Assembly (NCBI GenBank): GCA_965218585.1
Contig: CBDCLE010000022.1
Coordinates: 125,526 to 189,525 of the forward strand
Direction: 5' to 3'
Length of the DNA stretch: 64,000 nucleotides
DNA from: Terriglobia bacterium
GTDB taxonomy: Bacteria > Acidobacteriota > Terriglobia > 20CM-2-55-15
How positions within the stretch are numbered: the first letter of the stretch is position 1; every line of letters begins with the position of its first letter. This document shows positions 1 to 10,476 of this stretch, piece after piece. Position numbers and translations under genes: made by a program. The notes under the pieces were generated by a model. That model was not told where the DNA came from. It worked only from the letters and a program-made list of their open reading frames with translations, and did not search any database.

Positions 1-1190
1 CGGAGATACGAATTTTCCAGTGAACGGCCGACCTTGTACCAACGCGCCGGGCGTCCGGCCAAGTAGCGTTTGAGAAGGTCCTCTTTCTCGCGGTCCGACA
101 GCCCGCGAACGGTATCGAGGGCTTCGCTCCAGTCGACGTGCGTGTGCGCGAACATGATGGCTGCCAGGACCTTGTGCTCGGCATCGGCATCCCAATCCAC
201 GAGTTTGACGCCAGCCGGGGATGCCTCGGGAGCAGAGCGAGGCGGGTGCTCGGTTGCGAATTCTCGAACCCGGTCGTGCTTTCGAACCAGATACGCCTGG
301 TAGTCCTTCGACTTTTCATCCTGCAGCCTCAACAGCAGCGACGGGATTTCCTCGTCCAATTCTTTCTTGAGTGACGTCGAAAGCCAGCGTAGTTCTCCTA
401 AAGGATGCTGCGCCGTTCTGTTGAGAAGGTACTCGAAGGACTGGGCGTTACCCCGGAGCGCTACCTGTCCCAGCGTCGCCATAGGCAGCAAGCCGCGCAA
501 AGTGTCGAAAGCCTTTTTTTCGAGAATGGAGTCCTTCTCGGCGAAATTGTTTCGTAACCAATCCTGTAATGGGTTCAGCAGATCAACGTAGGTGTCGAAC
601 AGGAAGTCCATGGCCGACACATAGTCGTCAAGGCGTCCCAGCCGTTCCAGATCGGGCTTGGGAATGTAGTACAGGTATCTTCCGTCGATCTTGTTCCCGA
701 AATTGACATAACGTGTGGACTTTTCGATCGGCTCCAGACCGACTCGCTGATCCTCCACGAATTTCATTGCAACCTGCGAAATACCCCACAGGATGACGTG
801 CGTGCCCGTCATCTGCGCAATGGAGTCGTCTCCGTACTGAGACAGCCACTTCGCGTAAAACTCTTGAGCGCGATGGTTGTTAAGAATGTTGCGGAAACCG
901 TGGTCGGCAAGGAACCTGACGGTATTCTCCAGTTCCTCGGCAAGGGCCGGGTCGTCCCCGTCGATGATGGGATAGATGTATTCCTTCAGCAGGACTTCCA
1001 GCAGAGAACCCTTGGCCCGGCTGGCTCGCGAACACAGGGCGCCGACGATTTCAGGGGGCAGGTTTCTCATTACCGACACGAGTCCGTCGGCGTTCGTCGC
1101 GAACGGGTCGAGAAAGCGGAGATCTCGTTCCGACCACCTGTGGGGCGCGAAATCAGGCGCGTAATCGTCTGGACCCGGAGCAGAATTCAT
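1..1190 (-). CDS. thyX: FAD-dependent thymidylate synthase ThyX (long form), runs off window start
   Basis: Not in ORF track; manual translation from ATG at 1190: MNSAPGPDD...YGDDSIAQ...EKSTRYV...AFDTLRGLLP, motifs of long-form ThyX. Confidence 0.85.
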   Translation of the reverse strand, partial: MNSAPGPDDYAPDFAPHRWSERDLRFLDPFATNADGLVSVMRNLPPEIVGALCSRASRAKGSLLEVLLKEYIYPIIDGDDPALAEELENTVRFLADHGFRNILNNHRAQEFYAKWLSQYGDDSIAQMTGTHVILWGISQVAMKFVEDQRVGLEPIEKSTRYVNFGNKIDGRYLYYIPKPDLERLGRLDDYVSAMDFLFDTYVDLLNPLQDWLRNNFAEKDSILEKKAFDTLRGLLPMATLGQVALRGNAQSFEYLLNRTAQHPLGELRWLSTSLKKELDEEIPSLLLRLQDEKSKDYQAYLVRKHDRVREFATEHPPRSAPEASPAGVKLVDWDADAEHKVLAAIMFAHTHVDWSEALDTVRGLSDREKEDLLKRYLAGRPARWYKVGRSLENSYL

Positions 1191-1323
1191 GGTGTCGGAG
1201 CGAAACTATATCAGAGAGGTGTCAGGACAGGACCGGTTAAAGAGGATGGTCCGGACCCCAGAGGAAACGAGCGTGCCGGGTCCCTTGCGACATTCCCAAG
1301 AACAAACGCTTTAAAGCAATTCG

Positions 1324-2088
1324 CTACTTGATTCGAAAAACAACATCGTCGCCGAGGCTCTCAAAGTCCTTGCTTCCGATGTCCGTCCCCGTTTCGAGAA
1401 TTCGGTTCGGACCGGCGGAAACGACCAAAACTGCGATGCTGGGGAGCGTCTCCGTACTCTCGATGTCGCTGAAGTGCCGGGTGTGCAGCTTCCGGACGTT
1501 GATCATGTACTTGCCACCCCAGGGATCCGCTTTCGACAGAGTGCCGATGTAGGGTCCAGACCACCCCTGTTGTGGATTGGGCAACGTACCCTGTTCCAGG
1601 TATTGTTCTGTACCCGAGAAGGTCAATCCGCCGTCGAGGCTGCGACTGTCGATCTGATTCCGAACCAGATGTCCTTCGATCGTATCGTCGGTTCCGGACA
1701 CCTCGTGCCCGAAGACTGTAGCCCGCGAAGCATAGGTGACAGGTTTTGACGGTATGTCCCAGGTTCCCGTCAGATCTGCGGGGTAGACTCCGCTTTCGGA
1801 AACCAGATTGTTGAAATAGTCGTCGCTCGGGCCGACCTGGGTGCCAACCTTGAAGAGTGGGAAGAAGGAGTTGTCTTTGTAAAAAGTGATCACACCTTGA
1901 GCCATCGTATTAACGTCGCTTACTGCAGCCTGAATCTTGGATTCGTTGATGGCATCCACTCCGCCCGCGATGGCCACTGTGGCCAACATGGCACCGAGTG
2001 CCACTGTTGCGGCGGCTTCGATAAGAGAAGTTGCAACGCCGTCATTTTCCTCGAGCATTCTTCGAACTACGGATCCGACTTTCATCAT
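1324..2088 (-). CDS. GspG-like type IV pilin/pseudopilin (paralog of 19990..20775)
   Basis: Leader then GVA|TSLIE and hydrophobic helix; WSGPY, DPWG, SAGPN motifs and C-terminal DDVVFRIK; AGGAG RBS before ATG 2088. Confidence 0.75.
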   Translation of the reverse strand: MMKVGSVVRRMLEENDGVATSLIEAAATVALGAMLATVAIAGGVDAINESKIQAAVSDVNTMAQGVITFYKDNSFFPLFKVGTQVGPSDDYFNNLVSESGVYPADLTGTWDIPSKPVTYASRATVFGHEVSGTDDTIEGHLVRNQIDSRSLDGGLTFSGTEQYLEQGTLPNPQQGWSGPYIGTLSKADPWGGKYMINVRKLHTRHFSDIESTETLPSIAVLVVSAGPNRILETGTDIGSKDFESLGDDVVFRIK

Positions 2089-2382
2089 CTCACTCCTATA
2101 TGCTTCTCGTGCCTCGATCCCGCACGGCTCTCCTCTCAAGAGTCGATTCGGGGTTCTGTTGATGATCTTTGGGGAAGTCTCGCCGGCCGGTCACCAGCGG
2201 CGAGCCTTACGGACTGAACGGGTGTGTGGGCTGTCTCCGGGAAAAAGACATCGTGCCATGGTTGCTTTACTCCTCCAGAGGAAACGAACAACCTCAAGAA
2301 TCTCGGGCATCTTATATAAGGAATGCGAGCGGGTCAATCGAAACCGGTTCAAGGGACTCTGTCGGGAGGAGCAGTGAAGGGG

Positions 2383-3861
2383 TCAGGCCAGGGGCGCAGT
2401 GAGCGTCCTGCTGCTGGTTGTTTCGGGTTCGGTCTGAATTGTGCTGAGCTGGTGGGTCCAGAGCCGGAGTTCCCATGCCTTTTGGTCGCGGTAGGAGAGA
2501 GTCTGTCTGGCGATTTCCACCAGACGGGGATGAGGGCGGGCTTCACTGACAGAGTGGCAGACGACAACGCAGTCGTAGGTATCCTGAAGCTGATTTTTCA
2601 GTTCATCCGAGAATGCAGCCCAGTTCAGAATTCCTGGTTGTGGCACGACGAACTGACCTAGAATTCCTTTGTGTTCGATTGATGCATTGACCGAAGCGAG
2701 AACATCGAAAGGCGCCCATCGATCGAGAAGTGTTTCCACTTCGGCGAGGAAGCTCGACGATGCAGCCCAGACGAGGAGTTTCTTTCCGGTCGAATCGGTG
2801 TCTAGTTCCCTGGGCATCCGGTCGTGCTCGGGCTCGTTCGCTATCGTTGTCAGCAGATCGAAGGTCCGCTGGGCCAGTTGCCGCCGCCGGCCGAAAGCAC
2901 CCCCCAGTTGAGTGCGGATTTCGAAGCGATCATTCCAGACATCCTGTAGGATTTGGGCAAGGTCGGTTGCGCCGACATCAAATGTTTTGAAGAAGGGGTG
3001 ATCGAGTGCACGGCATTCGCGGTCGACCTTTTCCCGGGAAGCTCCAACCGCTACGAACGGAATGCCAGCGGAAGCCGCGAGTATGATTCCATGGAGGCGC
3101 GAAGTCAGAAGGACATCGACATCGCGAACGGCTTCGGTAAAGTTTCGAATCCCATCTGGATCCTTGTCGTCGTAACCGTAATGTTCTGCCGGGTGGTTCC
3201 AGGCTTGAGGCAGCCAGTCGTCGGTTGCCCGGTTGAAAGAGAGAAAGCGCAGGTCGAAGGTTGGGTCAAGTAGCTCGAGAGCATCGAGAATGCGCCGTTC
3301 AAATCCATCCGAACCTGGGTAGATCACCGCGTGGTCCGACTGCGAAGCTACGACGCCAAGCACCGGCTTCGCCGAAGAAGAACGACTTTCAACTGCCTTA
3401 GGGGCCCGTGGGGTAAGGTATGAGATGTCGGCGCATTCCAGAACGGGGGACGTCAGGCCAGCCGCCCGAAGGCGTGCTGCGCTTTCCGAATCCCGAACCG
3501 TTCGCAGATCCATGGAGTCGAACGTGGATACGTAGGGTGCGATCGCAGAGGGAGTCAGCTCTCCCTGTACGCCGAGTGCGAGTGCGAAAGTGTTCTTGCC
3601 GAACAGCTGCATCGCTGCCAGGAAGCGAAGATAGTACTCGAGGCTATCAGCCCCTGATTCGTAGAGGTGGCTGTAGAGCAGACCGCTGCCGGCCAGGATG
3701 CCTGCGTCCTGGGACGTGGGAGAGAACGGCTCCTCATCGACACGATCCTGGATCAACTCGAGCGGATTCCAGACGCCATTGAGCTGAAATCTGAGCGTAT
3801 CGACGTAGCAATCGTCTCCAAAGCTCCCATAACCGTAGGTGCCTGCAAAATGGACCTTCAT
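2383..3861 (-). CDS. Polysaccharide pyruvyl transferase family protein
   Basis: GTYGYGSFGDD N-terminus, TVRD..S, AD, TSRLHG motifs. Confidence 0.8.
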   Translation of the reverse strand: MKVHFAGTYGYGSFGDDCYVDTLRFQLNGVWNPLELIQDRVDEEPFSPTSQDAGILAGSGLLYSHLYESGADSLEYYLRFLAAMQLFGKNTFALALGVQGELTPSAIAPYVSTFDSMDLRTVRDSESAARLRAAGLTSPVLECADISYLTPRAPKAVESRSSSAKPVLGVVASQSDHAVIYPGSDGFERRILDALELLDPTFDLRFLSFNRATDDWLPQAWNHPAEHYGYDDKDPDGIRNFTEAVRDVDVLLTSRLHGIILAASAGIPFVAVGASREKVDRECRALDHPFFKTFDVGATDLAQILQDVWNDRFEIRTQLGGAFGRRRQLAQRTFDLLTTIANEPEHDRMPRELDTDSTGKKLLVWAASSSFLAEVETLLDRWAPFDVLASVNASIEHKGILGQFVVPQPGILNWAAFSDELKNQLQDTYDCVVVCHSVSEARPHPRLVEIARQTLSYRDQKAWELRLWTHQLSTIQTEPETTSSRTLTAPLA

Positions 3862-4037
3862 CGTTATCTATAGGAGCAACCGGAACGCCAAAGAGTCGTT
3901 GGCGCCCGTCTGTCAGCGACACGGTGTAAGTGTCTTATAAATAGTGTTTTAATGGGTGCAGGTCGGAGTTGAGGCTTCTGTCCTCCATGTCACCGGGGTG
4001 ACTCGGGCGGACGAGGGCGTGACACCGGGCCACTAAC

Positions 4038-4523
4038 CTACCAGTATGCGATCAGACGACCGGCCCCAAGCGCCGTCAACCAGCAGGCGAGCGATACTCC
4101 ACCAACGATTGCCAGCCGCAACTACTCACCTGACGATAATTCCCTCACGTTTCTTTCCTTCCATGCGGGTAGGAGATTCAGGACGGCGACGTTGATCAGG
4201 CCCAGAACAATTGCAGGGAATTTTATGAACAGGAACGGGTTGCCGACGTAATCGGTGGCGTTAGTAGTGATCAGACAGATACCGCTGGTCGCCGCAACCA
4301 AGAAGCCCATGGTTGTGACGGGAACGGTGGGTCGTGCGATTTCGGGGAGGGAGACCCGGGGCCAAAGGCCCAGCAAGCGCAGGTCAAGGACGAGGAGAGC
4401 ACCGAAAAGAGACGCCACACCCAGGATGTGAATGAGGTTGACGACGCCGTAGGTCCAGACGCCGGATTCGCGCATGGCGTTACCGAGCGGGGAGCCCTCG
4501 AGCCACGCCATGAATTCGTACAA
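4038..4523 (-). pseudogene. DUF6644-like membrane protein with in-frame TAG at 4122-4124
   Basis: IH..G...LDLRLLG motif; after the TAG the frame continues LRLAIVGGVSLACWLTALGAGRLIAYW-stop, the family-type C-terminus. Confidence 0.7.
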
Positions 4524-4534
4524 GCTCTTTCCCG

Positions 4535-4912
4535 CTAGCTACGATTCGGATACACGGCGAAGGTTTGTCCGTTCCACATGACGCGTTCGGTCTTGACTTC
4601 AAACCGGTTCATGTCGCGGTTCCGATGGCCATGCAGCGTGATTTCGGCCCCGACGGGAATGATGTCTTCGGTCAAGCCGGAACGGCTGGTGCGAGCTGGT
4701 GGCGCCAGAGTGGCGTCCCACACCTGGCCGTCGACCATCAACTGCAATGTTGCGTGGGGACCGGCTAGGCTCACAGCCCGGTGAAGGGTCCCCGTAATTT
4801 CGAACTCCTCGCTCTGGTTCCCACCCCAACCATGATGTGCGAAGGCCGGAACGGTCAAAAGCGACAACGCGAGTACGGCTATGCCAATCGAAAGAGAAAA
4901 TCCTGAACGCAT
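4535..4912 (-). CDS. DUF6152 family exported protein
   Basis: Signal peptide ending AFA|HHG, conserved PH; usual neighbour of DUF6644. Confidence 0.75.
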   Translation of the reverse strand: MRSGFSLSIGIAVLALSLLTVPAFAHHGWGGNQSEEFEITGTLHRAVSLAGPHATLQLMVDGQVWDATLAPPARTSRSGLTEDIIPVGAEITLHGHRNRDMNRFEVKTERVMWNGQTFAVYPNRS

Positions 4913-5240
4913 CGTTTGACTCCTCTGATTCGTGAGATGAGCTTCGCGGTATCTTTATTAGAGGCTATACCGCAACGTTATCCACGAGCTTACCTGGGTG
5001 CAGCTTCCAGGCCAAAGATTTTTTGGGGGTTTTGGCGTGTTGCCTTGCGGGGCGTGAAGGGAAATGCGTCCCTGCAAGGCGGTAAACCATAGGAGAAAGC
5101 AGGGACGCTCCCTCTACCTACTAGATCGGACGCCGGCCGTCGAACTTTAGTGCCTTCTGCAGTTTCGAATTGAGTCGGAGCAAGTCCCGCAAAGCAAAGA
5201 AGCCCGAGATTCTCTCGGGCCAATTCATTGGGAGATCAAG

Positions 5241-5313
<73 letters not shown>

Positions 5314-5504
5314 TAGCTTTTCGAGATCCGGCCAATAATAGCAAACGATTCTGGGCCGGGGAAGAGACGAGGTGAGTCGAATTTGAGCTGCAGAAGGGAT
5401 AGAACTTAAAGGCTTATAGGCAGGGTTTCACCGAATACGAAGCGCCGCGCGCCCCCTGACGATAGCTCGGCCAGCCGTCGTCAAACAACCCGCTCGACGA
5501 CTCG

Positions 5505-5771
5505 CTATGCGTCCGTTTCAGAACTCTCTTCGGATTCTTCCGCCTTTTCTTCTGGCTCTTCCGGCATAAAAGGCTGCCACTCTTCCGGAACAGCCTGTGG
5601 TCCTGGCCGCATGCCCGCGATATCAGGATCCTCGCCGTCCAGGGACCGAGGGCCTGCGCTAGCCTTGCGTTCCTTGGATTCGAAGCGCCGCTGTTCCTTC
5701 TCACGCCTCCGTTCCTGGCGAGCCTTTTCCTTCAAGCGTTTCTGGAAGGTGGGTCTGGATTGTCTAGCCAT
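5505..5771 (-). CDS. Small hypothetical protein (basic N-terminus, acidic tail)
   Basis: MARQSRPTFQKRLKEKARQERRREK...EDPDIAGMRPGPQ; GGAG upstream. Confidence 0.7.
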   Translation of the reverse strand: MARQSRPTFQKRLKEKARQERRREKEQRRFESKERKASAGPRSLDGEDPDIAGMRPGPQAVPEEWQPFMPEEPEEKAEESEESSETDA

Positions 5772-6043
5772 AGATTCCACTCCTCTGGATTCCCGCGAGC
5801 TCAAGCATGGGCTGCTCTCCACCGGGCGAACGCGAGAAAAAGAACTCCGTGCCGCCACTACCGGTCTGGATCCGCACAGAGCTGTAACTATTCAATTTAA
5901 AGCTTCGAAACTCATATTGTCAAACCGACGGGGCGGGAGTGGTCCTCTCTGGTGCGGATTGTCGATCGAGTGCGATACAGACAGTTGCCCCTCTCACCCG
6001 CGACCCGAATGAGAGCACTTGTATCGATGATATCCTCCCGGAC

Positions 6044-6559
6044 ATGCGGGGCTTCCCCGAAAGGATCAAGAGCGCAATGCTCGTCAAAGTCGATCTCTAC
6101 GAAGAGGTCGAGGCCGATACGTCAGCGACGAGGCAGGCGATGGCCGTAGTCGTTTTGGCGAGTGTAGCCGCCGGCATCGGCATCGGTTTGCCTGACGGCA
6201 TTCGGGGCCTCGTTGCCGGCACCGTCGGGGCGCTGCTCGGATGGCTGATATGGGCTGGCCTGACTCACCTGATCGGGACCCGCATTCTGCCCACGCCCCA
6301 GACCGAGAGTACACTGGGCCAGGTACTCCGAACGACAGGGTTTGCCGCCGCACCGGGCTTCTTTCGCGTCTTCTCTCTCATACCTGTTCTGGGACTGTTT
6401 ATCGATTTTGCAGTCCTCGTGTGGATGCTTGTCGCCTTCGTGGTCGCAGTCCAGCAAGCCCTCGACTACACGAGCACGTGGCGCGCCGTAGCTGTCTGTC
6501 TGACCGGGTGGATGTTCTACGTCTTTCTGGCCGTTCTGCTCGTTCCGAGTGTCGCCTGA
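6044..6559 (+). CDS. YIP1 family membrane protein
   Basis: YEEVEAD..AT.QA, LRTTGFA.APG, AV.QALDY; several TM helices. Confidence 0.8.
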   Translation: MRGFPERIKSAMLVKVDLYEEVEADTSATRQAMAVVVLASVAAGIGIGLPDGIRGLVAGTVGALLGWLIWAGLTHLIGTRILPTPQTESTLGQVLRTTGFAAAPGFFRVFSLIPVLGLFIDFAVLVWMLVAFVVAVQQALDYTSTWRAVAVCLTGWMFYVFLAVLLVPSVA

Positions 6560-6644
6560 TTTTCTTTCAGTTTTCCTAAAGTTTCTCCTACAGACGCCGA
6601 TAAAGGTGTTAGACAGCGTGGAATTTGGCTTGAAGGGGAAAGCG

Positions 6645-6950
6645 ATGTATTCGGAACTTTATGGTGACTTCAAAAAACTACTGACACTCGGCGTGATGGG
6701 GCGTCAGATCGAAGTTCCGGAGAAGAACACGCTGTTAAGAGGCTTTCAGTACGCCTCTCCCGAAACGGTTTCCTACGGTCGCTTCTGCTGGAACGGCACC
6801 TGCAAGAACTGCACGGTGACGATCCGGAAGGGAGAAGAAGAGACCAAGGGCCAGGCTTGTGTCACGGACGCCTGTGAAGATATGCAGGTTGTCCGTGTTT
6901 CGAAAGAACTTGTCAATCGACTGAAGACGATCGTAACTACTACTGCTTGA
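6645..6950 (+). CDS. 2Fe-2S ferredoxin-like protein
   Basis: FCWNGTCKNC...AC cysteine pattern. Confidence 0.75.
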   Translation: MYSELYGDFKKLLTLGVMGRQIEVPEKNTLLRGFQYASPETVSYGRFCWNGTCKNCTVTIRKGEEETKGQACVTDACEDMQVVRVSKELVNRLKTIVTTTA

Positions 6951-6975
6951 ATATTCCTTCACCGTCCTGAAGGTG

Positions 6976-7006
6976 CGGCGGTCCGCAAGGGCCGCCGACT
7001 TTTTTT
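6976..7006 (+). terminator. Rho-independent terminator
   Basis: CGGCGGTCC-GCAA-GGGCCGCCG hairpin followed by a T run. Confidence 0.8.
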
Positions 7007-7018
7007 GTTACCATTCAT

Positions 7019-7157
7019 TTAGCGTCGGGCCCACCGTCCCCCAGTAACCCGGAAATCAGAGAGTGCACTGACGTTTCTGAATTCCTGAAGCTATCGGGAG
7101 CGCAGGAGTTGGTCCGGTCCCCCCACGCCGTCCGATTAGCGTCGGGCCCACTGTCCC
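7019..7157. repeat. Imperfect ~22-bp intergenic direct repeat (REP-like)
   Basis: TTAGCGTCGGGCCCAC(C/T)GTCCC at 7019 and 7136. Confidence 0.55.
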
Positions 7158-7267
7158 TGTTCTCAAGAAACATTTGATCTTCCTCTTCTTACCTTCGTTT
7201 CCATCGTGTCTTCGTGTTGAAGGATTGAGCCCCTTGGCTGACCCACCGCGCGTGATATCTTCAGACC

Positions 7268-8986
7268 GTGAAGAACCTCGAGATCGCCTCCACATTCGGA
7301 AACATGGCCGACTTGCTTGAGATCAAAGGAGCCAATCCGTTTCGCGTACGTGCTTATCGAAACGCCCGGTCCAGTCTGGAAGACTTAACCGATAACATCG
7401 AGGAAATAGCCAAACGAGATTCGTTGAAGGATATCTCGGGAATCGGTAAAGACCTGGCTGCCAAGATCGTCGAATACATTCAGACGGGACGGATCCAGGC
7501 ATTCGAGGACCTCAAGCAGGAACTCCCGATCGGGTTGGTGAATATCGTCAGCATCCCGACCATCGGTCCAAAGACAGCTCGTACGATCTTTGATGAGACG
7601 GGTGTGTCCAGTGTTGAAGATCTGGAAAAACTTGCCGCGTCGGAAGAGCTCCTTTCGGTCCCGGGAATAAAAAAGAAGACTCTGGAGAATATCGTTCGGG
7701 GGATTGCTCTTTACAAGCGTCGAAAAGGTCTGTTTCTGCTCGGCCATGCACTGCCGGTGGCGAACGGTATTTGCGAGACTCTGGCCCCGATAACCGATCA
7801 GGTCGCCTATGCAGGCAGCCTCCGCCGCATGCGGGAAACCGTGCATGACGTCGACATCCTTGTTGCGTCGACCGACCCGGGAAAGATCATGAAGGAATTT
7901 GTCTCCTTGCCCATGATCGAGCGGGTTTTGGTCAGCGGCGAAACCAAGACGTCGGTTCTCATCGCCGATGACCTGCAGGTCGACCTGCGCGTCGTGGAAC
8001 CGGGTAGCTGGGGCGCTGCGCTTGCCTACTTTACAGGATCCAAGCAGCACAACATCCGGCTCCGGGAACGCGCAATCAAACGCTCTCTCAAGTTAAACGA
8101 GTACGGGCTATACGACGCTGCCGACAAAGCCGTCGCTGGGCGCGATGAAGAGGAAATTTACAGGGCTCTGGATCTGCCATGGATACCTCCTGTGCTGCGA
8201 GAGGACCGAGGAGAGATTGAGGCGGCACTAGACGGGAATCTTCCCGAACTGGTCTCGTCTGACGACATTCAGGGCGATCTGCATATGCACACGACCTGGA
8301 GTGACGGTGCTCTTTCAACCGAAGCGATGGTGGAGGCCGCCCGTGGGCGCGGTTACAAATATGTTGCGATCACAGACCACTCCAAGTCGTTAGGTGTTGC
8401 TGGGGGTCTCTCCAATGAAGACCTGCTGGAGCACGTAAAAGAGATCCATGAACTGGATGGTAAGCTCACAGATTTCCGAGTGCTTGCAGGCACTGAGGTG
8501 GATATCCGGGCAGACGGCACCCTGGATTATCCTGACGACATACTGGCCGAACTGGATTTCGTTGTCGCTTCGGTTCATTCCGGATTCCGACAGGATAAGG
8601 AGACTATGACGCGGCGTGTTGTGCACGCAATCCGGAATCCCCATGTTCGCGTGATCGGCCATCCAACCGGGCGCCTGATTGGAGACCGCGATTCATACGA
8701 ACTGGACTTCGACGAGGTGATGAGCGAAGCGGCACGCACCGGTACGTGTCTTGAGGTCAATGCGCATTACCACCGTCTGGACCTCGGCGATGTGCTTTGC
8801 AGGAAGGCTCGCGAGGCCGGGGTGAAGGTTGTCATCAGTACGGATTCTCACAACGCCGAAAATCTCGAAAACCTTCCATATGGTGTTGCTACGGCCCAGA
8901 GGGGCTGGCTACGCAGGGACGACGTTCTGAACACTCAGCCAGTCGACGACGTTCTTCGTTTTAAAACCCAGCAGGGTGCTTCTTAG
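7268..8986 (+). CDS. polX: DNA polymerase X with PHP domain
   Basis: NPFRVRAY, AGSLRR..ET..DVD, FTGSK.HN; PHP motifs DLHMHT..SDG, TDHS, GHPTGR, TDSH. Confidence 0.95.
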   Translation: MKNLEIASTFGNMADLLEIKGANPFRVRAYRNARSSLEDLTDNIEEIAKRDSLKDISGIGKDLAAKIVEYIQTGRIQAFEDLKQELPIGLVNIVSIPTIGPKTARTIFDETGVSSVEDLEKLAASEELLSVPGIKKKTLENIVRGIALYKRRKGLFLLGHALPVANGICETLAPITDQVAYAGSLRRMRETVHDVDILVASTDPGKIMKEFVSLPMIERVLVSGETKTSVLIADDLQVDLRVVEPGSWGAALAYFTGSKQHNIRLRERAIKRSLKLNEYGLYDAADKAVAGRDEEEIYRALDLPWIPPVLREDRGEIEAALDGNLPELVSSDDIQGDLHMHTTWSDGALSTEAMVEAARGRGYKYVAITDHSKSLGVAGGLSNEDLLEHVKEIHELDGKLTDFRVLAGTEVDIRADGTLDYPDDILAELDFVVASVHSGFRQDKETMTRRVVHAIRNPHVRVIGHPTGRLIGDRDSYELDFDEVMSEAARTGTCLEVNAHYHRLDLGDVLCRKAREAGVKVVISTDSHNAENLENLPYGVATAQRGWLRRDDVLNTQPVDDVLRFKTQQGAS

Positions 8987-8991
8987 ATCCG

Positions 8992-10017
8992 GTGGACTCC
9001 ACCGAGATCAAGGCGAAAGCCAGCGAACTTGGATTCGAGCTCGCCGGTGTTGCCCCGCTGGGCCCGTCGCCCGAAGCAGATTTTTACGCCAAATGGCTGG
9101 AGAATGGATACGCTGGTGAAATGCATTACCTCGAACGCGGCCGAGAGGCACGGCTCGATCCAGAACCACTGCTGCCAGGCGCCCGGTCGGTCGTTGTATG
9201 TGCGCTGAACTATCACACCGATCGACCTTTGACGTCCCGAGATCCCGAACGCGCATGGGTTTCCCGCTATGCCTGGGGCGCCGATTACCACAAGGTTCTC
9301 GAGAAGCGGCTAAAACGCCTCGCCAATTGGATCAGGGAGGAATCCGGATTGGGGACGCGGGTTTACGTCGACACCGGTCCGCTCCTGGAAAGGGTCTATG
9401 CCCGGTATGCCGGTGTCGGTTGGTTCGGCAAGAACACCTGCATCATAGACGAGCAGATCGGTTCGTGGACCTTTCTGGGTTGTATTTTGACCGAATTGGA
9501 TCTCGATTACGATATCCCCGCACCGGACCGATGTGGAAGCTGTACCCGGTGTATCGATGCCTGCCCGACCGACGCCATCGTCGAACCCTATGTCATCGAC
9601 AGCCGGAGGTGCATTTCATATCTGACGATCGAACTCGGTGGAGCCATACCGGAGTCTCTGAGAGAGGGAGTCGGCCACCATCTGTTCGGTTGCGATATCT
9701 GTCAGGACGTGTGTCCCTGGAACAAGCGTGCTCCATTCACCTCTGAAGAGAAACTGGAAGCGAGACCGGAGTTGTTCTGGCCGAGCCTGGACTACCTCCT
9801 GGATTTGGACGACGAAGGGTGGGGCAGTTTGATTAGCGGGACGGCAATGAAACGCGCGAAGATTCGCGGGTTGATCCGCAACCTGATGGTCGTAGTCGGG
9901 AATTCGGGGTTGGGTAGATTTCGGACGAAAGTCGAAAGGTTCTTATCGCATTCCGATGAGCTGGTTCGGTCTCATGCGAGATGGGCTTTCGAGAAGCTGG
10001 ACAAGGCTGACAGTTGA
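8992..10017 (+). CDS. queG: Epoxyqueuosine reductase
   Basis: SRYAWG.DYH, VDTGPLLER, CGSCTRCIDACPT, CISYLTIE, GCDICQDVCPWN. Confidence 0.95.
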   Translation: MDSTEIKAKASELGFELAGVAPLGPSPEADFYAKWLENGYAGEMHYLERGREARLDPEPLLPGARSVVVCALNYHTDRPLTSRDPERAWVSRYAWGADYHKVLEKRLKRLANWIREESGLGTRVYVDTGPLLERVYARYAGVGWFGKNTCIIDEQIGSWTFLGCILTELDLDYDIPAPDRCGSCTRCIDACPTDAIVEPYVIDSRRCISYLTIELGGAIPESLREGVGHHLFGCDICQDVCPWNKRAPFTSEEKLEARPELFWPSLDYLLDLDDEGWGSLISGTAMKRAKIRGLIRNLMVVVGNSGLGRFRTKVERFLSHSDELVRSHARWAFEKLDKADS

Positions 10018-10034
10018 CTGTTGACGGCTGACCG

Positions 10035-10433
10035 CTACTTCACGCGATCGTCGACCGACTTGTTATTCTCCATCTGGACAATCTTGCGTTCGGTGCGGAA
10101 CATGAACTGGAAGATCATCTCGCGGTCCTTATAGTCGATGTCGGCAAACTCGACGCCGATTATCGGGTAGCTCATCCACTTCACAACTGGATAGACGACC
10201 GGCATGCCGACTTCTGGCAGAACCAGGACAGCCGGTCCAAGAACCTGGCCTTTGTAGAACGTGTGGTAGTGATTCGCGGAGAAGAACCGGGCTCCACCGG
10301 CCCCGAGTTCGTCGACGATGGGATCGACGTTTTCCTCTTCGACACTGAAGAGAAGGTAGACCGGCTCAGCGGCGCCAACCGGCAATCGGAAAGCGGAGCG
10401 CTGTTTGCTATAGTCGGGGGCCGCGTTCTTCAT
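10035..10433 (-). CDS. PilZ domain protein
   Basis: QRSAFR (RxxxR), ELGAGGARF (D/ExxxxG), GVEF near C-terminus. Confidence 0.7.
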   Translation of the reverse strand: MKNAAPDYSKQRSAFRLPVGAAEPVYLLFSVEEENVDPIVDELGAGGARFFSANHYHTFYKGQVLGPAVLVLPEVGMPVVYPVVKWMSYPIIGVEFADIDYKDREMIFQFMFRTERKIVQMENNKSVDDRVK

Positions 10434-10476
10434 AATTGTTACTTCGGCGGATTCGGTTAGAATCTTTAGATATCTG

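Noticed and set aside
798-1331. 177-aa plus-strand ORF
   Set aside because: Antisense to thyX, which the ORF track missed because it runs off the window
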